Translations under genes and position numbers: made by a program
Shown here: piece by piece, positions 56,370 through 64,000 of the stretch
Layout of the letters: every line of letters begins with the position of its first letter
Numbering within the stretch: the first letter of the stretch is position 1
IMG/VR virus record: IMGVR_UViG_3300033273_000513
Span: 1 to 64,000 of that record
Origin: a virus
Reading direction: 5' to 3' (one strand)
Length of the DNA: 64,000 bases
The notes under the pieces: generated by a model
What the model was told of the DNA's origin: nothing
Seen by the model: the letters and a program-made list of their open reading frames with translations, nothing else
The model's database searches: none

Positions 56370-56562
56370 ATGCTCAAATCTTATGAAATGTATGGCTGAT
56401 GATGTGCTCAAACCTTATGAAATGTTCTCTCTAGTTCGTGTTAAAGTCTTATGAAATGTGCTGATGATTATGTGCTCAAATCTTATGAAATGTGCTGATG
56501 ATTATGTGCTCAAATCTTATGAAATGTTCTCTCTAGTTCGTGTTAAAGTCTTATGAAATGTG
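56370..56562. repeat. tandem array of six 34-bp units with invariant core CTTATGAAATGT
   Basis: Core at 56380, 56414, 56448, 56482, 56516 and 56550. Confidence 0.95.
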
Positions 56563-56607
56563 CCAGAGTCTTGTTGTCTAAGCGCGCACGTTATCATGCC
56601 GCCGCCC

Positions 56608-56637
56608 AGTATAAACCACCCCGCCCAGATCTGTCAA
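56608..56637 (-). promoter_or_regulatory. minus-strand sigma70-type promoter pointing into the repeat array
   Basis: Reverse complement reads TTGACA-N18-TATACT. Confidence 0.55.
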
Positions 56638-56735
56638 CCCTCAGAGCACCTCTGAGACACTTATAAGGCTGTCCACCATTCGTGCCAGAGCAGTCCTTTT
56701 CGTGTATTCTATAAGAGTCAAAGAAACGCAAAGCA

Positions 56736-56978
56736 ATGCAAACCGCCGCCGACAATCTGATTCAAATTGCCGCTGAGTTGAATGCTGCTGGAAAGCAGGT
56801 GAAAGTGACAGTGCTCAAACCACGCAAAGCACGTCGTTCTGAGTTGATTATGAGCAGCACAAAAGGAGTTCGCACCAACACTAATCGTCGCGGCCAAGCA
56901 TACACTGGGCACGCCACTTATGCGACTCAGAGCACTATTGAGGGTAATCGTTCTGCTTACTTCAAAACATCAGGTTGA
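56736..56978 (+). CDS. basic early hypothetical protein
   Basis: Sole gene of the last promoter cassette. Confidence 0.6.
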   Translation: MQTAADNLIQIAAELNAAGKQVKVTVLKPRKARRSELIMSSTKGVRTNTNRRGQAYTGHATYATQSTIEGNRSAYFKTSG

Positions 56979-57373
56979 GCGCTTATGAGCACTCTACCAT
57001 AAGCAGTTCGTGATGTCAAGGGGGGCGCAGTTGTCCCCCCTACGAGTGCTCGAATGAGCAGGGTTTTATGGGGGTGTTTATGTAAGCGCGAAGCGCGTAT
57101 CAAAAAACGCTAACTTCCCTAACCTACAACGAACCAAAAACGCGCTCGTTATTTACTTTCATATAAAAATTTTTTGCCCCATGAAAACTCTGGCCAACCT
57201 TTTACTAGGACTCTTTGCGTTCAACTATACTTCTGCGTCCCTCCGACCAAGAAACTCCAAGATTGGTCGAAGGTCAAACTATGACTCCTCTGAGTATAGG
57301 ATACCGAACAATGGAGGGTTGTAGACAAAAACTAAATATTGCAGTATGATGTTGAGGTAACCTTCACATAATT

Positions 57374-58138
57374 ATGGCTAAAGGATTCAAAGTTATTCCC
57401 AAAGAGACTGAACCAAAAGAAGAGTGGGATTACGACGCGATCAAGGAACGAGTCAAAGGTAAGAGTATTGTATTCTGCCTACCTGGTCGTGGGTGTTCTT
57501 ATATCTTTCTGAAAAATTTTGTACAACTTGCATTTGATCTTGTACAGAACGGCACACAGATTCAGATTTCCCAAGATTATAGTTCAATGGTTAACTTTGC
57601 ACGATGCAAAGTACTCGGAGCGAATGTTCTGAGGGGACCGAAACAAATTCCTTGGGATGGTAAACTGAAGTATGACTATCAACTGTGGATTGATAGTGAC
57701 ATTGTGTTTGATACGAATAAGTTCTGGCAACTGATTGATCTTGCGATTCCTGCAGAGGGAGAGGAGAAAGAGATTGTTGCTGGATGGTATGCAACTGAGG
57801 ATGGCCACACAACATCTGTTGCACACTGGTTGGATGAGGAAGACTTCGCAAAGAATGGTGGAGTCATGAATCATGAAACAGTGGAGAGTATCAGTCGAAA
57901 GAAGAAACCATTCATTGTAGACTACACAGGTTTTGGATGGGTACTGATCAAACACGGTGTCTTCGAACGATTGGAGTATCCATGGTTTGCACCGAAGATG
58001 CAGGTGTTCGAATCAGGGAATGTCCAAGACATGTGTGGTGAGGATGTCAGTTTCTGTCTCGATGCCAAGAAAGAAGGTATCGTGACGTGGTGCGATCCAC
58101 GCATCAGAGTTGGTCACGAAAAGACGAGGGTAATCTGA
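57374..58138 (+). CDS. GT-A glycosyltransferase-like protein
   Basis: VNFAR, LWIDSDIVF (DxD), VDYTGFGWVLIK..VFE, GEDVSFC. Confidence 0.75.
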   Translation: MAKGFKVIPKETEPKEEWDYDAIKERVKGKSIVFCLPGRGCSYIFLKNFVQLAFDLVQNGTQIQISQDYSSMVNFARCKVLGANVLRGPKQIPWDGKLKYDYQLWIDSDIVFDTNKFWQLIDLAIPAEGEEKEIVAGWYATEDGHTTSVAHWLDEEDFAKNGGVMNHETVESISRKKKPFIVDYTGFGWVLIKHGVFERLEYPWFAPKMQVFESGNVQDMCGEDVSFCLDAKKEGIVTWCDPRIRVGHEKTRVI

Positions 58139-58317
58139 TGTCTGAGAAACGTTTCAAGTTAGTGTATGAAGGGCGGGATCTCTCGACTCTTCTGAGTGAG
58201 GAAGGAAAGTTTGAAGCGATGCAAAAACTTTCGATTTGGTTTGATGAGGGTCGTGAAGGTGCGATCGATCCTGATAAAGTAAAAGTCATTGATGTATTGG
58301 AGGAGAGTGAGTCCTGA
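58138..58317 (+). CDS. hypothetical protein
   Basis: TGATG-coupled ORF. Confidence 0.55.
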   Translation: MSEKRFKLVYEGRDLSTLLSEEGKFEAMQKLSIWFDEGREGAIDPDKVKVIDVLEESES

Positions 58318-58463
58318 TGGCAAAGTCTAAAGTTGGTCTGAGTGGTGGAGTGTTTGTACAGTCTGAACCGAAAAAAACTCGACAAGGACAAGGAAAACAC
58401 ACATTGTATAGCGCAACCTCTCGCAATAAAGCGAAGAAACCCTATCGCGGTCAAGGCAAGTAA
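58317..58463 (+). CDS. small basic protein (..PKKTRQGQGKHT..KPYRGQGK)
   Basis: 48-aa coupled ORF, absent from the ORF track. Confidence 0.6.
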   Translation: MAKSKVGLSGGVFVQSEPKKTRQGQGKHTLYSATSRNKAKKPYRGQGK

Positions 58464-58465
58464 TC

Positions 58466-58618
58466 ATGGATGCAGCAGTTGAAGCCTGGAACACCATGGG
58501 GTGGTTTGAGGGTGTTTTGTTTACTGGATGGATCGTTGGTTTGTATTGGGCGAAGTTGAAATTGGATCAACGTTTTTCTCGTCGAACCGTCTATCGAATT
58601 AAGATGGAAGATGATTAA
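58466..58618 (+). CDS. small membrane protein
   Basis: 50-aa ORF with a TM segment. Confidence 0.5.
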   Translation: MDAAVEAWNTMGWFEGVLFTGWIVGLYWAKLKLDQRFSRRTVYRIKMEDD

Positions 58619-58642
58619 ATAGAAGAAGACATAAAACTTTAT

Positions 58643-59320
58643 ATGGCTTGTTTGATTGCAAATCTTCCTTCACAGGAAGTCTGGGTTCGTAAAGAATATT
58701 TGACGGATCATCAAAGCGGTCATGGAGAGTTCGTCAAGGGCGTCTGGGTATCGGTCAAATCGATTCCTGGACGCGCTTTTTATTTTGAGACATACTTACC
58801 AGAGTATGCAGCAATGTACGATAAACTCCCCATCAGTGCGTTTGTGGCGGATCCTGAGACTCCTTCACCTGATATGAGTCTACCTAACCTACAATTCTGG
58901 AATTGTATGGATTACGGCGTCGTTTCAGTGGACAAGAAGTTCATCGGTAGTATGAACTTTGAGTGTTATACCAGAGATCATGGTAATGTCAAAGGCACAT
59001 ATATTTGTACGATAGATAATTATCATCATGATCCAGATTATGTGGATTGGGCTACGAGTGAAAATCCCGCAGAACACAAGTCACACAACCTGATTGAACT
59101 TGAGAATGGACAATACGCATTGTATCCAAACAATCGATTGCGTATCTATGATAACAGTTTGACACCTGAGACACCCAAGATGCCTGATTTCAAGGTATCG
59201 ACTCAATATTATCAAGTTGAGAATGGATTTGATCGTCTCGGCATGGGTCGTGAGGATGAATATTTTTGGAAAACATCAAAAGAACGCCAAACGGAGGAAA
59301 AAAATGACACCGAACAATGA
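58643..59320 (+). CDS. conserved hypothetical protein
   Basis: LIANLP..VWVRKEYLTDHQSGHGEF..EHKSHN..YPNNR. Confidence 0.75.
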   Translation: MACLIANLPSQEVWVRKEYLTDHQSGHGEFVKGVWVSVKSIPGRAFYFETYLPEYAAMYDKLPISAFVADPETPSPDMSLPNLQFWNCMDYGVVSVDKKFIGSMNFECYTRDHGNVKGTYICTIDNYHHDPDYVDWATSENPAEHKSHNLIELENGQYALYPNNRLRIYDNSLTPETPKMPDFKVSTQYYQVENGFDRLGMGREDEYFWKTSKERQTEEKNDTEQ

Positions 59321-59477
59321 TTTTCTTGACAATTTAGCGAATGATCAGTATCAAAAACTGATTCAAGAAGTGTATAATGATGACATGTTGAAGAAAACGA
59401 CAAAAAATAAGAACAATAACGAATTGATCGAACGAATTGAAGAGGAAGATAGTTCGGAAGGTAAACAAGTGCTCTAA
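59304..59477 (+). CDS. small hypothetical protein
   Basis: GGAGG RBS before ATG 59304. Confidence 0.5.
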   Translation: MTPNNDFLDNLANDQYQKLIQEVYNDDMLKKTTKNKNNNELIERIEEEDSSEGKQVL

Positions 59478-59518
59478 TTTCTGTCTAAATATAAAGAGGT
59501 TAGACCAGATTCGTATCC

Positions 59519-59917
59519 GTGGCAGGTATTTCAAGGACATTTAAAGACATTAGTTTGTCTTTTAAACGTCATCCAGTGACGAATGATATCATTTCGTTGA
59601 AAAATGAGGATGCAATTAAACGTTCAATACAGAATATCGTCCTGACAATGGTTGGTGAGAAAGCATTTGTGCCATATTTTGGTACAAATGTGAATGACTC
59701 TCTGTTCAACTTGAATACTTCTGTTGAAGCTGTGGGTTTGAAAGAACAAATTACCACAGCAATCAACAATTTTGAACCAAGAGTCAATAATCTGAACATT
59801 ACTGTCACGGTTGATGCGGATAGTAACGACATGTACGCAACAATTGAGTACGATATCATTGGTCTTCCTGTTCCTACTCAAGGAGTAGAGGTTCTTCTTT
59901 TCCCGGCTAGAGTATAA
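59519..59917 (+). CDS. gp25: baseplate wedge subunit gp25
   Basis: FKDISLSF..AIKRSIQNIV..GE..FG..NFEPRV. Confidence 0.9.
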   Translation: MAGISRTFKDISLSFKRHPVTNDIISLKNEDAIKRSIQNIVLTMVGEKAFVPYFGTNVNDSLFNLNTSVEAVGLKEQITTAINNFEPRVNNLNITVTVDADSNDMYATIEYDIIGLPVPTQGVEVLLFPARV

Positions 59918-61947
59918 TGGCTTTCGGTCAATACGTAAATTTAGATTTTGATCAGATCAAAGAGTCTATTAGAGACTATTTGAGGTCGAACACGACTTTT
60001 ACTGATTATGATTTTGAAGGGTCTAACCTTTCGGTGTTGATTGATGCGTTGGCATATAACACATACATCACCGCCTACAACACAAACATGGCGGCGAACG
60101 AAAGTTTTCTTGATTCTGCGACGTTAAGAGAGAATGTTGTCTCTCTCGCACGTAATATTGGTTATGTTCCACGTTCTCGTCGTTCTGCAAGAGCGAGAAT
60201 CTCATTTAGTTTGAGTGGATTGACCGAAACTGTCACAGCCACGTTGAAAGCTGGTCTGGTTTGTAATGGTTCTGCAGCAAATACAAGTTATATTTTCTCT
60301 CTTCCCGAAGACATCACGGTAAATGTCGTCGATGGTGTCGCAAAATTCGAAAATATTGAAATTTATGAGGGATTATTCGTCACTCAGAACTTCACGACGG
60401 ATTCTTCTCTCTATAATCAACGATATATTCTCAATAATTCCTTTATTGACACTGAAACTCTTCAAGTTAAGGTCAAAACTGACGAAAATGCGAATGTCGC
60501 AGTCACTTATAAGGGTATTGACAACATTATTGGTATCACTTCGACCTCTTCTTCGTACTTATTGCAAGAAATTGAAGATGAAAGGTACGAAGTTCTGTTT
60601 GGTGACGGAATTATCGGTAAAAAACTGTCAAATGGCAACTACGTTTCTGCAACTTACATCACGACATCAGGCCGTGAAGGAAATGGAGCGTCACAATTCA
60701 GTTTTATTGGTCGTTTGATTAATCAAGACGGTGGAAGTATTGATCCATCCGCAGTTTCTCTGGTTACGACGAACGAACCAGCACGCGATGGAGACGATAT
60801 TGAGTCAATTTCGTCAATTAAGTATTACGCACCAAGAATTTACTCGTCTCAGTACCGAGCCGTGACCGCATCGGACTATGAAGGCATTCTGGCATACATT
60901 TATCCGAACATTGAGTCCGTTTCTGCGTATGGTGGAGAAGAATTAACACCTCCAAGGTTCGGAAAAGTGTTTATTTCTGCAAAACCCAGAAATGGCGACT
61001 TTTTGTCTGACTTCACCAAACGTGATTTAGTCCAAAAACTGAAAAGTTACGCTGTTGCGGGTATTGTACCCGAATTTATCGATCTGAAGTACCTTTATGT
61101 TGAACTGGACTCCTTTGTTTATTATAACACAAACTTCAGTAATGATCCAAACCAGTTGAAAACGCTTGTATCGAGCACTTTGACTCAATATTCGCGTTCC
61201 ATCGATGTAAACAAGTTTGGTGGTCGATTTAAGTATAGTAGAACACAAACTTTGATTGATGGTTCTGACGCATCTGTCACTTCCAACATCACCAGAGTCA
61301 AAATGAGAAGAAATCTCATTTCTGAACTCGGAAAACAAGCTCAGTATGAACTTTGTTTTGGAAATCAATTCCACATTGCAGAATCTTCGTATAACATCGT
61401 TTCTACAGGATTCAAGATTGATGGAATCAATGATGTCGTCTATATGGCAGACGAAGTGATTGATAAGAAACGTGGTCGTCTGTTCTTCTTCACTTATACT
61501 GATGGTGGCACTCCAAATATCATCAAACGAAACGCCGGCACGGTCAAATATGACATCGGTGAAATTCTTATAGATACTGTAAATATTGTTTCTACAAACA
61601 TTTCGAATAATGTTGTTGAAGTTCAAGCCATTCCACATTCTAACGATGTAGTTGGTCTTAGAGACTTGTACATTAAGTTTGATATGACAAATACCAACAT
61701 TACGATGGTACAAGACATTATTTCTTCTGGTGAAAACACATCTGGTTCCAGATTCACAAGAGAGTCTAGTTATAATGTTCCAACATACGTTAGAAACTCC
61801 AAATCGCCAATTTCTAGTACTGCATTGACCACTGTGGCATCAAGTGCAACGTCAACCAGAGCGGTATCAAGTACAACCGCGTCATCTACGACATCAACGT
61901 CAACTTCAACATCAACTTCTAGCGGAACATCCAGTTCTTCCTACTAA
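59917..61947 (+). CDS. gp6: baseplate wedge subunit gp6
   Basis: LDFDQIK..FTDYDFEGS..ESFLDSATLRENVVSLA..RAVTASDY. Confidence 0.93.
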   Translation: MAFGQYVNLDFDQIKESIRDYLRSNTTFTDYDFEGSNLSVLIDALAYNTYITAYNTNMAANESFLDSATLRENVVSLARNIGYVPRSRRSARARISFSLSGLTETVTATLKAGLVCNGSAANTSYIFSLPEDITVNVVDGVAKFENIEIYEGLFVTQNFTTDSSLYNQRYILNNSFIDTETLQVKVKTDENANVAVTYKGIDNIIGITSTSSSYLLQEIEDERYEVLFGDGIIGKKLSNGNYVSATYITTSGREGNGASQFSFIGRLINQDGGSIDPSAVSLVTTNEPARDGDDIESISSIKYYAPRIYSSQYRAVTASDYEGILAYIYPNIESVSAYGGEELTPPRFGKVFISAKPRNGDFLSDFTKRDLVQKLKSYAVAGIVPEFIDLKYLYVELDSFVYYNTNFSNDPNQLKTLVSSTLTQYSRSIDVNKFGGRFKYSRTQTLIDGSDASVTSNITRVKMRRNLISELGKQAQYELCFGNQFHIAESSYNIVSTGFKIDGINDVVYMADEVIDKKRGRLFFFTYTDGGTPNIIKRNAGTVKYDIGEILIDTVNIVSTNISNNVVEVQAIPHSNDVVGLRDLYIKFDMTNTNITMVQDIISSGENTSGSRFTRESSYNVPTYVRNSKSPISSTALTTVASSATSTRAVSSTTASSTTSTSTSTSTSSGTSSSSY

Positions 61948-61962
61948 TAGCGGAAAATATAA

Positions 61963-64000
61963 ATGATCGACACCTCTATCCAAAGAGTTAAAATTAGCCA
62001 GGTAATTGAAAATCAATTACCTGAATTTGTTCAGGCAGAAAATCCACTTTTTGTGGATTTCATGAAACAATATTATGTTTCACAAGAATTTCAGGGTGGA
62101 ACAGTTGATCTTGGAGAAAATATTGATCGATATACAAAATTACAAACCTTTGTTGGTTCCGCAACAACGGTATGCACTGGATTAAGCACAGATACTAAAT
62201 CTTTTTCGTCAACTATTCATGTTGACACCACAGATGGATATCCTGCAAAGTATGGTCTCTTAAAAATTGATGATGAGATCATTACATACACTGGACTGAC
62301 CACAAACACCTTCACAGGGTGCGTCAGAGGGTTCAGTGGCGTCGATTCTCTGAAGAGATCTGATAGACCCGACCTGTTGTCATTTAAGAGCACGGTTGGT
62401 GCAGCTCACACTGGTGGAACGAAGGTATATAATCTTTCTAATCTCTTCCTTCAGAAGTTTTTTGATAAACTGAAGGATACGTTTGCGAATGGGTTCCAAA
62501 ACAGAACACTTACTGGTGATCTAGACCAGGTTAACTTTGTTCGTCAAGTCAAGGACTTCTATAAGACAAAAGGTACAGAAGAGTCTTATAAAATCCTGTT
62601 CAAAGTCTTATTTGGTGATGATGTCAATATCATCAAACCATCTGATTTTCTTTTAAGACCATCTGATGCAGATTATCGCATCACTAATGATCTATTGGTA
62701 AAAGTTATTACAGGTGATCCTCTTTCTTTGAAGGGTTCTACTCTTTTCCAAGATAAGGACGAAAAAGATAATCGTATTCAAGGAGCTTCGGGCGCAATCT
62801 CCGAAATATCTGATTTTGTCTACGGTGGAGACCACTATTATCAGATTGGATTGTCTAGAGAATCGGTTGAGGGTTCTTTTGTCATTCCAGGTAGGACTAG
62901 GTTCACAGATAACGTTTCAGTGGGTGCCACGGTCCTTACAGTGGACACTACGGTGGGATTCCCTACCACTGGTGTATTAAACTGTATTGATAAGAACGGC
63001 ACTATTGGTGTAGTTACTTACACTGACAAGAGTTCTACACAATTCATTGGTGTTGATCCAATGATCACCGATTATGCAATCGGCAATGAAGTCAGATACA
63101 ATAATGTTGCGTATGGATATTCTGCAGCCAATGTCAATGACAAAATTGAAGTTGTCATCACTGGTGTTCTTGCCAACATGCAACTTCCACCAGATGGAAT
63201 TTATTTTGAACAGGGAGACAAGATTAGAGTTGGCACACCTGGTCTCTTAACGAGTCCAGAGGATCCAAACTTCAACTCCTGGATGCATAATGTCTCGATC
63301 AAACATAATCCAACTGTTTTTGAACAAACATCAACAACTGGTGTTTATAATGTAGTAACCGCAGCAGCTCACGACTTCTTTGAGGAAGATTTTGTTGAAG
63401 TACTTGATGCTGATGAAAATTTACTTGGTGTAGGTAGAGTTAGTAGTGTTACTAGTAGTTCCACCTTTGTTCTGAGTGATCTACCAGGTCTGCAACCAAA
63501 TATTGACCTTGTTGAATTCATCAGAAGAAGACTGCATAGAGGTAACAGCACCGTTCACGATAACATTACCAAGTATACCACAGATATTCAAAACTCGTAT
63601 GATCATGAGACTTTAAATCCTCTGGCGAAACCGCCACACCCTCATGTATACGTAACATCTCCATCTATTCCAAGTTTGGGTGGTGAACCTATTACTGTCT
63701 CGGATCGTTCTATCACATGGACTGGTACGACTGGTGGAGACATCATTCAACTCATTCAAGTTACCGATGGTTCTAGAGACCATGGTTTCTACACAGGTGA
63801 AGTAATTACTTTCAATGTAATTCAGGGTGTTCTCGGAGAACTTGAGGACGGCAAGAATTATTTTGTAAAAAGAGAGAATTCTAACGAAATTCGACTTGCT
63901 GGATCTTTGTCCGACTTGGTAAACGAAGATTATGTCAGGGCTACTGGTCAGGGCACGTTTAAGATCTCCGTTCCTGAACTGGCTAACAAAAAACTTGAAA
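61963..64000 (+). CDS. gp7: baseplate wedge initiator gp7-like protein (5' part, runs off the window)
   Basis: MIDTSIQRVKISQVIENQLPEFV..FMKQYY..KDFYKTKGTEESYKILF; follows gp6; absent from the ORF track because no stop lies in the window. Confidence 0.75.
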   Translation, partial: MIDTSIQRVKISQVIENQLPEFVQAENPLFVDFMKQYYVSQEFQGGTVDLGENIDRYTKLQTFVGSATTVCTGLSTDTKSFSSTIHVDTTDGYPAKYGLLKIDDEIITYTGLTTNTFTGCVRGFSGVDSLKRSDRPDLLSFKSTVGAAHTGGTKVYNLSNLFLQKFFDKLKDTFANGFQNRTLTGDLDQVNFVRQVKDFYKTKGTEESYKILFKVLFGDDVNIIKPSDFLLRPSDADYRITNDLLVKVITGDPLSLKGSTLFQDKDEKDNRIQGASGAISEISDFVYGGDHYYQIGLSRESVEGSFVIPGRTRFTDNVSVGATVLTVDTTVGFPTTGVLNCIDKNGTIGVVTYTDKSSTQFIGVDPMITDYAIGNEVRYNNVAYGYSAANVNDKIEVVITGVLANMQLPPDGIYFEQGDKIRVGTPGLLTSPEDPNFNSWMHNVSIKHNPTVFEQTSTTGVYNVVTAAAHDFFEEDFVEVLDADENLLGVGRVSSVTSSSTFVLSDLPGLQPNIDLVEFIRRRLHRGNSTVHDNITKYTTDIQNSYDHETLNPLAKPPHPHVYVTSPSIPSLGGEPITVSDRSITWTGTTGGDIIQLIQVTDGSRDHGFYTGEVITFNVIQGVLGELEDGKNYFVKRENSNEIRLAGSLSDLVNEDYVRATGQGTFKISVPELANKKLE

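Noticed and set aside
56370-56562. CRISPR array
   Set aside because: The invariant core is only 12 bp, the linkers are duplicated or related rather than unique, and no cas genes are present.
57181-57324. 47-aa ORF before the glycosyltransferase
   Set aside because: No RBS or recognisable motif; cannot be supported as a gene.
1-64000. Stop-codon reassignment
   Set aside because: Conserved genes are full length in the standard code, and the only tRNA is not a suppressor.

Overview
This window is a 64 kb segment of a T4-like marine cyanomyovirus (Synechococcus/Prochlorococcus-type phage). From left to right: (1) 1-9.6 kb, auxiliary metabolic and replication genes (petE, talC, PTOX, nrdC, thyX with an upstream HNH endonuclease, phoH, exonuclease, gp33, gp59, gp32); (2) 9.7-23 kb, a baseplate/tail module (gp53, gp48, gp2, gp4, gp54/gp19-like, gp26, gp51, lytic-transglycosylase hub protein, gp27-like, gp5) with cp12, tRNA-Leu(UAA) and a second HNH gene; (3) 24-44 kb, a cluster of mosaic tail-fibre/virion genes; (4) 44-57 kb, an accessory early region of small ORFs in promoter-headed cassettes, plus a GIY-YIG endonuclease, SF2 helicase, ParB-like protein and RmlB-like dehydratase, ending in a non-coding region with a 6 x 34-bp repeat array; (5) 57.4-64 kb, a glycosyltransferase-like gene and gp25, gp6 and the start of gp7. 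The most notable signals are a candidate -1 frameshift joining gp26 to gp51 (lambda G/GT-like), a fixed-spacing GACAG-N8-CTGTC dyad heading about 10 early promoters, a repeat array with antisense promoters and an AT-rich flank (origin or repeat RNA), a structured ~140-nt RNA at an early start site, hairpin-embedded late promoters in front of all three homing endonucleases, and a GGG-GGANAGUGAA-CCC leader on four fibre genes. All product calls come from motif recognition and synteny. No searches were run.
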